DNA of 64,000 bases from an uncultured Chloroflexia bacterium (GTDB lineage Bacteria > Chloroflexota > Dehalococcoidia > GIF9 > UBA5629), in assembly GCA_963784375.1 (NCBI GenBank), contig CAWAQY010000001.1:12486-76485 (forward strand), written 5' to 3'. Shown here one piece after another: positions 10,901-21,502 of the stretch. The stretch's first letter is position 1; every line of letters begins with the position of its first letter. The notes under the pieces are model-generated. The model had not been told where the DNA came from, searched no databases, and saw nothing but the letters and a program-made list of their open reading frames with translations. Both the position numbers and the translations under genes were made by a program.

Positions 10901-11187
10901 CCCCTTTGATGGCCGCCAGCACACCGACCACGGCCTACCAATTCCAGGATAAGCTCAAGCCCGGAATGTATTTCTGGAGAGTCAGGGCGGAAAAGCCGTT
11001 CCCCAGTGAATGGAGTGCTGTATTCAGTTTCAGTGTCCGATCCGAAACAGCAACTCGGGTACCAGAGCAGGGATTGCCTGTACCGGTCTGGGCATTAGCA
11101 ATTATGATCGCAGGAGCCGTTCTGGTAATCGTGATAGTACTGCTAATTATTAAAACTGCCCGCAGAGATAAATTCGCCGGCTATTAG
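7905..11187 (+). CDS. large cell-surface protein: signal peptide, Asp-box (BNR) beta-propeller region, two FN3-like domains and a C-terminal TM anchor; one frameshift at ~10,060-10,190
   Basis: Formed by ORFs 7773..10193 and 10057..11187. The ATG at 7905 follows the riboswitch terminator. Asp-box motifs: 'SCDSGKSW', 'STDGGNNW', 'SRNNGQTW', 'STDDGATF'. FN3-like motifs: 'HTYYWRIKV', 'GMYFWRVRA'. TM segment: 'VWALAIMIAGAVLVIVIVLLII'. It is colinear with the uninterrupted paralogue at 44088..47309. Confidence 0.8.
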
Positions 11188-11208
11188 AATAATTTCAATA
11201 AAAAGTTA

Positions 11209-11237
11209 TTGTCAAATCTGAAAGATTGATTTATACT
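11209..11237 (+). promoter_or_regulatory. possible promoter for the Ig-repeat protein gene
   Basis: TTGTCA (11209-11214), a 17-nt spacer, then TATACT (11232-11237). Confidence 0.35.
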
Positions 11238-11298
11238 TTTTCTCATAACCTATCGACAATCATTGACCAGGCAGCTATAATAGTTCTAATATAGAGTA

Positions 11299-13529
11299 AT
11301 GAAATTTATTACAAGATTTCAAAAGAAGTCTCACCCCCGGTTCCCAGCCTTCTTTTTATTGCGTTTGCTAGTGCCCATTTTGGTGATCGTCCTCAGTTTA
11401 TCTTTCGTTGTTACCCCGGTCCTGGCATTACCCACAATCATCGGGTCAGCACTGCCCACAGGGCAGGTAGGTACCGCCTATTTAGCAATACTCACTGCCG
11501 TTCCACTTTCCGGCACACCAACCTGGGCGGTTACCAGTGGCGCGCTGCCGCCCGGGATTACACTCACTCCTAGTAATGGGACTATTTCGGGTACACCTAC
11601 TGCCGCAGGAACATTCCCTTTCTTCGTCCAGGTTACTGATTCTTCCGGCACTTCTCCTCAACAGAGTTTCTTCATAACCATCTCCCCACCGCCGTTTACG
11701 ATTGCCACGACCGACATGCCCCAGAGCAAGGAAGGATCCAGCTATACGGTTACATTAAGTGTCACGGGAGGGACATCACCATTTAACTGGAACCTGGCCA
11801 GCGGCACTCTACCTTTAGGTTTAACGCTGCAGGCAACGAGCGGTGTGATCAGTGGCACTATAAGCAAGGGAACCGCCGGAACCAGCACATTTATAGTCAA
11901 TGTAACTGACAGCTCATCACCCCCAAGAAGTGCACAAAGAACATTCAGCATCTATATTGAAAAGGGCGCTTACCAGACTATAGTAACTATCTCTACAGGA
12001 TTGACAGGCGCCAGCACCAAGGTATTTGTTGACACCAAAACAACCAGTACATTAAGGGGTGGTGAATCGGTTACACTCACTTTCGACCTGGCAACCACCC
12101 ATGCGATTTCGGTTGATCCGATAGTGGCAAGCTCGACCGATAATAATGTCAGATACAAGGCCAAAGATGAAACCATAACTGTATCCGAACAACAGCCTAA
12201 CGCCGATTTTACTTACTATACCGAGTATATGATAACTGTTAAAAACGACCCTGTAATGAGTGTTACTCCACAGGGTTCCGGTTGGTTTAGAAAAGATTCT
12301 GTAATCAATGCCACCACGAAGACAGAGGTTGAGGGAAGTGCAGGGACTCTCTACCGTTTTGCCTATTGGATACTCCCCAATGGTAACCAAGTGCCCACTG
12401 AACAGCTCAACTTCACTGTCGACGGAGCATCAACTCTTACCGCAAAATATGACACTTTCTACAAATTGACTGTGGAATCATTATATGGCGAAGTAGAAGG
12501 CAGCGGCTGGTACAAAGCCAATAGCCAGGCGAGATGGTTGGTGGTAAATGACAAAGTCGGCATGCCCGGATTAGTAGGATTCTTCCAGGGTAAGTATAAA
12601 GCATCAAATCCCAGCGGCAACGAGACCATGGACAAGCCGAAGACAGTCACCGTTTTCTGGGAACCCGACTACAGCCTGCCGTATGTGCTTATACCGGTGA
12701 CAATCATTATTTTTATTTTAGCAATTGCCGGCATATACTTCTTGCTTCGCCGACAACAGCCTCTGATGCATCCTCAACCTCAGCCTCAACCGTTTGGCCC
12801 GCCCATGATGGGTTATCCTCCACCCTATATGCCGCCCCCGCCGCCACCAAGGCCAATACCTCAACAACATACTACGGTTGTTATGATTGGTGATAATAAG
12901 GGAGGCGCTCAGCCGAAGCAATTACCTTCATCAACCAAAGAACAGTTGATGGAAAAATTCGGAGAACTTCTGGAAAAATATGAAACGGAAATTAAAAGCC
13001 CGTCCGGACAACGGGAACTACCCCGGGGTGGCCCGGTCCCGATTGATAGGATGATACCGTCTCCCAGGAGCCACCACCACAGCAACCCCCGCCACAACCT
13101 GTGTTCGATGCCGAATTTACTCAGACAGAGGCAGAAGGACAGCCCTGTCCCTATTCGGCAAAAAAACTATTGAAGACAGTAACAGGAAGCTGGAAAGAAC
13201 TGGAAAGAGATACCATTGAACTGCCAGGAGCTGCCGAAGGAAAAGAATCTTCAGGGAACCAGGGACTTTTGGTAATGTGGACACGGGACATATATCATGA
13301 ATGGGAAGTGCTCAGCTGCAACCTCCCGCTTAATCATGCAGGAAAACATGCAGGAGGCAAACACATAGTTTACAGCCTTCTAAATACAGTTACCGAAAAG
13401 AAAATGTACAGTCCTAACGCAAATGTTGTTCCGCCAACCCCGCACTTTACCGATGGAATGCCTCAACAGGAACTTGTGGAAGACGAGATTATTCCTGCTG
13501 ATGAACTGCCCCCCGAAACCATAAAATAA
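11299..13529 (+). CDS. membrane protein with extracellular Ig-like (putative-Ig / cadherin-like) repeats and InlB-B-repeat-like domains, one TM and a Pro-rich cytoplasmic tail; frameshift at ~13,060-13,100
   Basis: Repeats 'LPPGITLTPSNGTISGTPTAAGTFPFFVQVTDSSG' and 'LPLGLTLQATSGVISGTISKGTAGTSTFIVNVTDSS'. Also 'GSGWF...' and 'GSGWYKANSQARW'. TM segment 'LIPVTIIIFILAIAGIYFLL'. Tail 'PPPYMPPPPPPRP'. ORF 13101..13529 continues the tail in another frame. Confidence 0.65.
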
Positions 13530-13776
13530 ACATTGGTGTTTTTCACACTGCTGTTTAACAACACATCGGAGTTTTTTTGAAGTCCCTTTGAGTTGGCGCA
13601 TTGTGGTTTAATGTGGGGCTTTTGGGATGTCACGAAGTCAAAGGATAAACCCAAATAATGGAAGAAACAAGGGATATTTTTACATAAAGAAGAAATTATT
13701 TATCACGAGGTTCCCCTTGATACACGTAGCTAATAGGCTAAATAAGGTAAACAATGGCGATAAGTGGTCGGAAACG

Positions 13777-13824
13777 TTGACAAGGCGTTATAATCTGTTA
13801 TAATCCGTGGCAAAATGTTATAAA
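13777..13824 (+). promoter_or_regulatory. promoter with three phased GTTATAA(T/A) direct repeats, upstream of the toxin-antitoxin pair
   Basis: TTGACA (13777-13782), a 16-nt spacer, then TATAAT (13799-13804). GTTATAAT starts at 13787 and 13797, and GTTATAAA at 13817, giving spacings of 10 and 20 bp. Confidence 0.45.
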
Positions 13825-13861
13825 ATTTATCTATTTGTAGTTTAAGAAGCGGTAGGAATGA

Positions 13862-14074
13862 TTGGTAATATATTCTCGTCATGCAAAGATACAAATGAAA
13901 TTTCGTCGCATATCCAAAGATGAGGTTGAATATTGTCTTAACAATCATACGCTCGATTATACAGATAAAAAAGGAAATCCAATCTATGTTGCAAAAACTC
14001 CGAGTGGCAGAAGAATAAAGGTTGTGGTAGAAAAATCGTCAAACCCGATCAAAGTAATTACAGCAGCAGATTAG
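13862..14074 (+). CDS. DUF4258-family toxin-like protein
   Basis: 'YSRHAKIQMKFRRISKDEVEYCL' matches the DUF4258 HA..RM..R.I signature. It is 70 aa with a TTG start, and sits 15 nt upstream of a DUF2283 gene. Confidence 0.65.
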   Translation: MVIYSRHAKIQMKFRRISKDEVEYCLNNHTLDYTDKKGNPIYVAKTPSGRRIKVVVEKSSNPIKVITAAD

Positions 14075-14089
14075 AAAGGACATAATAAA

Positions 14090-14323
14090 GTGAGTTTTGA
14101 ATACGATAAAGATGCCGATGCTATTTATATAAGATTTTCAAGTACAGAATACGCATACGGCAAAGATTTGGATAACGAACGGCGAATTGATTATGACAGC
14201 AATGGTAATCCTATTGGTGTCGAACTGCTTTGTGTGAGCAAAGGCGTTATACTTGATGATTTGCCCAATCGTAAAGAAATTGAAAAATTACTGGGTGACA
14301 AACGCATAAAAATGTTTGCCTAA
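14090..14323 (+). CDS. DUF2283-family antitoxin-like protein
   Basis: 'YDKDADAIYIRF...RIDYDSNGNPIGVELL' is the typical DUF2283 pattern. Confidence 0.65.
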   Translation: MSFEYDKDADAIYIRFSSTEYAYGKDLDNERRIDYDSNGNPIGVELLCVSKGVILDDLPNRKEIEKLLGDKRIKMFA

Positions 14324-14485
14324 CTAAAAGATAGAAAAATTTATAATTCTACTAATTGTGTTGTGCTTCTTCGTACTCTGGCCATTTAAGCTGTTCGCTT
14401 GCCTGTAAATCGACAACTCTCTACTTCATAACCTAATAGCTTGCTCTTGCCTTGCCTTCACGGAAGACCTAAAAGTACCTGCAGC

Positions 14486-14878
14486 TCACGCAGTTCTATT
14501 TGCCTTTGCCCGCTTGCTTTGAGCCAGAGTTCTGATGGCATCCAGCAAGTCTTGACGTCGACAATCCTTGGTCAGATACCAGCTTGCACCTGCCGTAAGA
14601 GCATCCCCGGCATAATCACCATAGACCGTTAAAAACAGGACTTTAACGTCAGGCAGCTTCTCTTTGATTTGCTTTGTGGCCACAGCACCATCCGCCCGCG
14701 GCATTTGTGCATCCATAAGAATAATATCAGGGTTGGTTTCAATTGCCTTAGCTACTGCATCCAAACCATCAACTGCTTTCCCTATGATTTCAATATCATC
14801 ATGAGGAGACAGAACAGCCTCCAAACCTTCCCTCACTACCTCATTGTCATCTGCGATCAGTACTCTAATTTTTTCCAT
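14486..14878 (-). CDS. single-domain response regulator (CheY-like receiver)
   Basis: 'RVLIADDNEVVREGL...DIILMDAQMPRADG...VLFLTVY...YLTKD'. The RBS AAGGGAG lies 5 nt before the ATG at 14878. Confidence 0.85.
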   Translation of the reverse strand: MEKIRVLIADDNEVVREGLEAVLSPHDDIEIIGKAVDGLDAVAKAIETNPDIILMDAQMPRADGAVATKQIKEKLPDVKVLFLTVYGDYAGDALTAGASWYLTKDCRRQDLLDAIRTLAQSKRAKANRTA

Positions 14879-15082
14879 TTCACTCCCTTTTATATTCAAG
14901 CATCAACATATGGTATTGTATACCTATGCCTTTGCAAAAAGTTCTTCAGTTGATAATAAGCTTTGCCTTAAGTTTACAGGTTAACGCATGAATGTTCATC
15001 GGGAAATCGGTTGGTTTTATATCACCCAAATGGAAGACTGTTCATCATCCATTTTGGTGATATTTCTTATCATACTTTCGTC

Positions 15083-15734
15083 CTATATTTTAATAATGCC
15101 TCTCTTAATAGATTGTATAACTGCCTCCGTGCGGTCTTTGGCATTTAGTTTCTGAAAAATATTGCTTATATGGGTTTTGACCGTGCTATCGGTAATATTG
15201 AGCTGGGAAGCAATCTCTTTGTTCGCATCTCCTTTGGCCATCAATTTCAATACTTCTAACTCTCGTTCGGAAAGGACATCGGGCGGTAGCCTGTGCCTGG
15301 CGAGAAAGTTCGGCAAAGCGGTCCAGTACCTTGGATGCTATAACGGGCTGAATAAGGGATTCCCCACGATAAACAGCACGTATGGCTTTAAACAAATCAT
15401 CTCGCGGCGCATCTTTAAGTAAATATGCCCTGGCTCCGACTTCAATGCCTCGAAAGATATATTCATCATCGCTGTACGTTGTTAAAATTATATATTTTAT
15501 ATCGGGCTCAATCGATGAAATCTGGCGGATTGCCTCAACTCCATCTAACTCGGGCATACGTAAATCCATGAGGACTATATCCGGTTTCAGCTCTTTAGCT
15601 TTATTAACTGCTTCAACTCCATTTGTAGCTTCACCAACCACCATAAAATCCGGCTCGCGTTTTATCATGGTGATCAACCCTTCCCTGACTACGGGATGAT
15701 CGTCAGCAATCAAAATCTTTATTGGTTCGCCCAT
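15083..15734 (-). CDS. NarL/LuxR-family response regulator; frameshift between the receiver and the HTH domain
   Basis: Receiver: 'KILIADDHPVVREGL...DIVLMDLRMPELDG...ILTTYSDD...AYLLKD' (ORF 15186..15734). HTH: 'LSERELEVLKLMAKGDANKEIASQLNITDSTVKTHISNIFQKL' (ORF 15083..15316). Confidence 0.9.
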
Positions 15735-15742
15735 TTCCCCTC

Positions 15743-17861
15743 CTACATTACAGGAATAACAATCTTTATCACAGTACCTTGCCCTTCCTCACTCTGCACC
15801 TCAAACGTACCCCCAAGACTTTTGGTACGGTCCTGCATACTGATCAATCCAAAGCCCCGATGTTCTTGAGTACCTTTGTTGTTGGAGTCAGAAACAAAAC
15901 CAACCCCATTATCTCTGATTGTCAGTATTACATTTGATTTATCAAAACCCAATTCTACTTTCACTTCAGTCGCCTGAGCGTGTTTTTTAATATTAGCAAG
16001 GGATTCCTGGCCAATACGGAGAACAGCGGTTTCAATCTCAAGCGGCAATTCACGTTTATTTTCAGACACTTCAAATCGCGCTATGATATTACTGCTCTGA
16101 GCTAACCTGCCTACTTCTTGCCTGAGCGCTTCAACCAGGGATACTCGTTCCAAAGCCTGAGGACGAAGATTCCACACTGAACGGCGGGCTTCATTCAAGC
16201 TTCCTCGCGCAAGACTTCTTGCCCTATTTATATGCTGAAGCGTTTCTGAGATGTTTCCATCCATGGCCTGCTCTGCCGCTTCAAGTTGTAATATGATGCC
16301 GGTAAAACCCTGGGCTAAGAGTATCGTGTATCTCTCTTGCCATACGGTTTCGTTCTTCCATGACTGCCATGTGACTGGTCTCTTGATAGAGACGGGCATT
16401 CTCAATGGCTACCGCCAATTGATCAGCCAGCGTCTGAGCGGTAAATAAATCAGCCTCACTAAATGCATCGATTTCATTGCTCTCAATATCAAGGACGCCT
16501 AATATTTTGTCCTTAACTTTTATTGCCACCGCCAGCTCAGAATTTGTACCACTTAACTCTTCGATAAAACGAAATTTTGGCTCATTACTCACGTCATTTA
16601 CCAGGAGGGGTTCGCCAGTCTGCGCAACCCAGGCTACCAAACCTTCCTCCCCCATTTCTAATGGTACCTCCAGGGGAATTACTCCCTTGTAACCGCTGAG
16701 GCAAATTGCCTTTAAAATAAGTTTCCCGGAATTCGGCTCAAATAAAAAGATATTGACATTGTGGTAGGAAAATGTTTCCCGAAGCAGATTAGCTACAAAA
16801 GGCAACAGCTCATCAAGATTTATAATTGAGCTTATCTTACGGCTGATCTCATTTATAGTGCGCAACTGCTCAGCCCGTTGATGTTCCTGCTTTGTTCTTT
16901 CGGCAATTTTTTGTTCCAGATCAGAATACGATTCTTTTAATGTGCTGGTCATATAGTTAAATTGTGCCGCAAGGTGTTCTATCTCATCACCAGTTTTTAC
17001 CGCAATTTTATGATTTAGATCACCTTTTGCTATTATTCCGGCACCCTTGGTTAATGCTACTATAGGATCAGTAATTGTTCTGGCGATAAAAGAAGAGAGC
17101 GTAGCGATTATGGCAATCATACATACAATAATAATGATAAACGTCCACTGTGCCAGGTCCATCTGCCTTTCGATATAACGCGTTGTAGCCAGAACGGCAG
17201 TTGTAATCCGGCTTTCCGTTTCTGCTGCTGGCCGTGAGAATTCATCGATATAAGTAGTGCCTGCTACAATAAGGGAAGTCCCTTCCACCGGAACGCTAAA
17301 AAGATATTTGGACCGTATATTACCCGCGTTGTCTTCGATATCGTAGTAGCCAGCAGTCTCGCCAATCAAGCTGCTCTCTAGAATAGACCTTAAGTCAGCT
17401 ATCCCCTGTGATAGCTTATCTATTTTGGAACCAATAAGATTAATATCTTCGTGGAAATAAATAATACCTGCTCTATCATATACCATCGTGCTGCCGGTTT
17501 GTCCCACGGGTTGGACAGCTATTTTGCGCAATTGCTCATTTTCAGCGAGTTGAGCGTCTGTTAAATCCGGGTGTTGTTCAATAAAAATTTGTACTTCTTT
17601 GGCGACAACAGTCGCCTTTAATTGCACTACCCTCCTGCCTGAATCCTCCAGGGCAGCTATACTCTCAGTCACTGCACTCTGGCCGAGGCTTATGCTGTTT
17701 TGTCTGGCAGTATCTCCCACTATGCTCATGTTGCGCAGAGCAAAAATACTTATGACACCCACTGCAACAAGAGATACAGCTAGAAAAGAAATAAGAATTT
17801 TAGCTCTGATACCAGACTTTATCTGGGGGAAACTACCGACAGGGGACAGTTTTTTCATCAC
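15743..17861 (-). CDS. sensor histidine kinase with TM, extracytoplasmic sensor, HAMP, GAF, HisKA_3 and HATPase domains; one frameshift at ~16,281-16,405
   Basis: HAMP: 'DPIVALTKGAGIIAKGDLNHKIAVKTGDEIEHLAAQFNYM'. A GAF region follows. 'ERNRMAREIHDTL' continues as 'AQGFTGIILQLEAAEQ' in ORF 15743..16405. HATPase: 'IRDNGVGF...GFGLISMQDR'. Confidence 0.9.
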
Positions 17862-18026
17862 AGGCGCTCTCTACCTCTCATCACATAATAAACTTCTTTT
17901 AATTCTTTGTAAATTGCCTTATCTAATTTGTGAGGAAAGATTAGAAAGCACTACCGGACAACCGACGAAAAATCATGTCTTTGACAACCCTGGTTACCTG
18001 GCTTTATCAAAACGTAAATGATAGAG

Positions 18027-19340
18027 CTATCGGGCAAATTTCATCTGCAAGGTACTGACCAGTTCTTTTATAGGTAACCTGACCTGGGTCATGCTGTCTC
18101 TGTCTCGTATTGTAACCTGGTGATCTTCCAGGGAATCAAAATCAACAGTCACACAATAAGGTGTACCTATTTCATCCTGGCGTCGATAACGGCGGCCGAT
18201 ACTCTGAGAATCATCAAATTGCGTTATAAAACTTTGTTGAAGTTCAGCGAAGACCTCTCTGGCCAAAGGCAACAGCTTTTCATTTCTGCTCAGCGGTAGC
18301 AGTGCAACCTTAATCGGCGCTATTTCAGGATTGATATGTAATACCGTCCTTGTTTCTCCACGAACTATTTCTTCCTCATAACCGTCTACTAAAATGGTCA
18401 GTACTGTGCGGTCTACGCCACTTGAGGGTTCAATGACATAAGGAGTATAGCGTTCATTAGTCTCCTCATCAAAATAGACCAGGCTTTTGCCGCTATGCTT
18501 GGCATGTTGAAGCAAATCAAAATCGCCCCGATTAGCAATGCCTTCGATTTCCGACCAGCCCATAGGAAATAAATATTCTATATCCGAACAACACTTGGCA
18601 TAATGGGCCAGTTCATCTTTTCTATGCTCACGAATTCGCAGATTTTCTTTCTTAATGCCCAGCTTAACAAACCAATTAAAACGTTCCTCAACCCAATAAT
18701 TGAACCATGTATCGTCAGTACCTGGTTTGACGAAAAACTCTAATTCCATTTGTTCGAATTCTCTTGTCCGGAAAATAAAATTACCTGTGGTTATTTCATT
18801 CCGAAATGACTTTCCTGCCTGGGCAATTCCAAGCGGCAGCTTTTTCCTGGTAGTAGATATTACGTTGTCAAAATTTACAAATATTCCCTGCGCCGTCTCA
18901 GGACGTAGATAAATTACACTGGCCTCATCTTCGACGGGTCCCATAAAAGTCTTAAACATGAGGTTGAACATCCTCTGTTCCGTTAACTCGCCTCCACAAC
19001 TGGGACATTTATCGCCGCTTAAATCTGTAGCTCGCCATCTCATACGACAATTTTTGCAATCAACCAGAGGGTCTGAGAAACCTGCGACATGACCGCTGGC
19101 CACCCAGGCTTTTGGATGCATCATAATACTGGAATCAAGTCCTACAACATCATCTCTTCGATGGACAATAGACTTCCACCAGGCTTCTTTTACATTTCTT
19201 TTTAATTCCACACCAATAGGGCCATAATCCCAGCAACTTTCTAAGCCGCCATATATTTCACTGCTGGGGAAAATAAATCCTCGTCTTTTGCATAACGAGA
19301 CTATCTTTTCCATAGTTACTTTATGTACTTCTTCAGGCAC
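18027..19340 (-). CDS. glyQS: glycine--tRNA ligase (homodimeric class II type)
   Basis: '[43 protein letters not shown]', '[25 protein letters not shown]', '[10 protein letters not shown]'. The GTG start is preceded by AAGGAGG. Confidence 0.95.
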   Translation of the reverse strand: MPEEVHKVTMEKIVSLCKRRGFIFPSSEIYGGLESCWDYGPIGVELKRNVKEAWWKSIVHRRDDVVGLDSSIMMHPKAWVASGHVAGFSDPLVDCKNCRMRWRATDLSGDKCPSCGGELTEQRMFNLMFKTFMGPVEDEASVIYLRPETAQGIFVNFDNVISTTRKKLPLGIAQAGKSFRNEITTGNFIFRTREFEQMELEFFVKPGTDDTWFNYWVEERFNWFVKLGIKKENLRIREHRKDELAHYAKCCSDIEYLFPMGWSEIEGIANRGDFDLLQHAKHSGKSLVYFDEETNERYTPYVIEPSSGVDRTVLTILVDGYEEEIVRGETRTVLHINPEIAPIKVALLPLSRNEKLLPLAREVFAELQQSFITQFDDSQSIGRRYRRQDEIGTPYCVTVDFDSLEDHQVTIRDRDSMTQVRLPIKELVSTLQMKFAR

Positions 19341-19599
19341 GGAGAACCTCCTTAAACGTTTTCAAAGCTTATCAGCTTTGCAAGATAGAGTCAAAAACCT
19401 TTTCGGTATCAGCAATTTCTTTTTCGACACACTATTATTAATGAAAAAATTAGCCTGGATAAAGCACCAGGTTATTGTAGCGAAGCCAAATATAAACATC
19501 TTTATTTCAGATTATTAGCAAAGGAACATAGTGAACAATCCCGGTTGGTAGATATGGATTAAAGAGTACTCTACTTCAGGGCAATCTGGCTCACGGTAA

Positions 19600-20439
19600 T
19601 TAACATAACATAGCCACAAATGCATTCAAAGGGACATTTACTGAATCGGCCACCGGTTGACACTTCGCTTTAAAACAATAAAGAATTTTCTCTCTTGACG
19701 GCAGTTCAGATAATGATTCATAGTATCCCATACCTTTGGCGATAATGAGATCTGCTGATTTAAATTCACGCTTAAACCGAGTTGAAGCTTCATTCAGAAT
19801 TATGCCGGGGGTGGCTGTACCGGTATCGATAATCATGCCAAATTCCCCTTCCAGATGAGCCTGTCTCACGTCTTCTATAGTTATATCATTCTGGACAGGA
19901 GAGCCTTTGACCACGTAAATAACTTCGGTAGACTTCTGCATCCACTTAATGAGAGGCAGATCAAAATAAACTTCCCCGGCATTATCGGCAAGATAAAGTA
20001 CTTTACGAGCCTTCTTTAATCGGGTTTCAAAGTATTCCGAATCATCAATAGCAAAAGAGACTTCTTTTCTCATATCCTCCCTGATAATTTCAAAGGGTCG
20101 GAAGAAATCCAGGTTGTTGCCTAAGACCGCCAGCTTGAGGAGGCCTTTGAACGTCTTCCCAAATTTTGATGCTACCTCATCGTATAATTCCTTAGCCAAT
20201 GCTATTTCCTGCTGCTTCATTAAATAGTATGGATCGGAGTTCCTAGTTGCCTTCTTTATCACGTCATGAATCTTGGTTGCAACTACAATGGATACCTCTT
20301 CAGGGCTAAAATTATCATCCAGAACTTTTCTCCCCTGAAGAACAGCCTTTGTCCTTACCTGATTATTATCAGTTGCCAATTCAGCAGCCTGTGTAATAAG
20401 GTCATATAAACATTGGTAACATTTCGAAGTCAGTCTCAT
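19600..20439 (-). CDS. DUF89 / ARMT1-like damage-control phosphatase family protein; start uncertain (ORF extends to 20505)
   Basis: N-terminus 'MRLTSKCYQCLYDL'. Also 'VLYLADNAGEVYFDLPLIK' and 'ADLIIAKGMGYYESLSE'. Confidence 0.65.
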   Translation of the reverse strand: MRLTSKCYQCLYDLITQAAELATDNNQVRTKAVLQGRKVLDDNFSPEEVSIVVATKIHDVIKKATRNSDPYYLMKQQEIALAKELYDEVASKFGKTFKGLLKLAVLGNNLDFFRPFEIIREDMRKEVSFAIDDSEYFETRLKKARKVLYLADNAGEVYFDLPLIKWMQKSTEVIYVVKGSPVQNDITIEDVRQAHLEGEFGMIIDTGTATPGIILNEASTRFKREFKSADLIIAKGMGYYESLSELPSREKILYCFKAKCQPVADSVNVPLNAFVAMLC

Positions 20440-20621
20440 TTCGTTATTGCCTGATATAATTGGAAACAACCCTTGTAATCGGCATGAACCTAGAGAATAC
20501 CACAACTATAAAAAGGCATACAAGTAAAAAATAATATACAATGAGTCTGTTCCCACTCTTAAATTCTGTATAATTTACAGAACTTTGCACTCAGATTCAA
20601 AGGTTAACAATTAATTAAGGT

Positions 20622-21502
20622 ATGACACCAGAGCTAATTACAAGAATAAAGCAATTGAAAGAGGATCGTATTCACGGAGCTCACTGGTTATCCGTGAAAG
20701 CCCTGAACATCTTGAACCTGGCAATAATAGAAAGCCAGGCTGATACAGTTGGAGACTTTTTAAAAGAATTAGAAATTATAGCTGCAACAATTGCTGCAGC
20801 CAGACCGGGCATGGTTTCGATAACAAATTACGTCTCCTATTTTGTCAATGAAATCTCCAAATGTAATAAAAAGCAAAACCTTATAAAAGATTTCAAGAAT
20901 AACGCGTCGGCTACCCTACAGAAACTGATCGAATACAGTAAAGCGGCATCTGGGGTAGCTGCAAAAAACGCCGCGGCATTGATCAACTGCGGAGATACGG
21001 TGATAACGTGCAGTTATAGCTCTACCGTCTGTGATGTGTTGAGAATTGCCCTCGAAAAGAGTTACGAAGCTCGATGTTATCATTGTTGATTCGAGATTTG
21101 GCGGTGTGGACTATGGGGGAATTAGTTTTAAGGAGCTCAGGAAATTCAATGTACCTTCAATAATCATCCCCCAGGACAAAACACGGCGGTATATGAATCG
21201 GGTAAATGACAGCTTTCATAGGTGCTGATACGGTATGGGCTGACGGGTCATTGATAAACGGCATACCCAGTTATCTACTGGCCGAGATAGCCGCAAAGAA
21301 AGATATTAAATTTTACTCAGTGTGCGAGACTGCTAAATTCGATGTAAGTAACCCGAGGGATAGAGCATCTCACATAGAACCGGGATTTGAGTTAGTCCCA
21401 TCCGAGTTAATAGCAGGTATAATAACCGAGGAGGGAATGATAAATTCCATTACAATCTCCGACTTCAAATTTAAATGGAAAACGAGAGATGAAAATCATT
21501 GA
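20622..21502 (+). CDS. eIF-2B alpha/beta/delta-family protein (ribose-1,5-bisphosphate / methylthioribose-1-phosphate isomerase-like), split into three ORFs by two frameshifts
   Basis: 'RIHGAHWLSVKAL', 'GDTVITCSYSSTV', 'VIIVDSRFGG...' and 'FIGADTVWADGSLINGIPSYLLAEIAAKKDIKFYSVCETAKF'. Confidence 0.7.

Noticed and set aside
11742-13097. Several 60-110 aa minus-strand ORFs inside the Ig-repeat gene: 11742..11951, 11970..12176, 12052..12390, 12459..12650, 12718..12921 and 12909..13097.
   Set aside because: All are antisense to a long, domain-structured plus-strand CDS. None has a recognisable motif or RBS.
19341-19600. Possible T-box leader upstream of glyQS, which is common in monoderm bacteria.
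   Set aside because: The reverse-complemented 260-nt leader has no T-box sequence (AA..GGGTGGTACCGCG-like), no AGAGA/GNUGGNA elements and no terminator/antiterminator pair. It has only a small hairpin (CAAAGCT-N4-AGCTTTG, 19363-19380) near the RBS.
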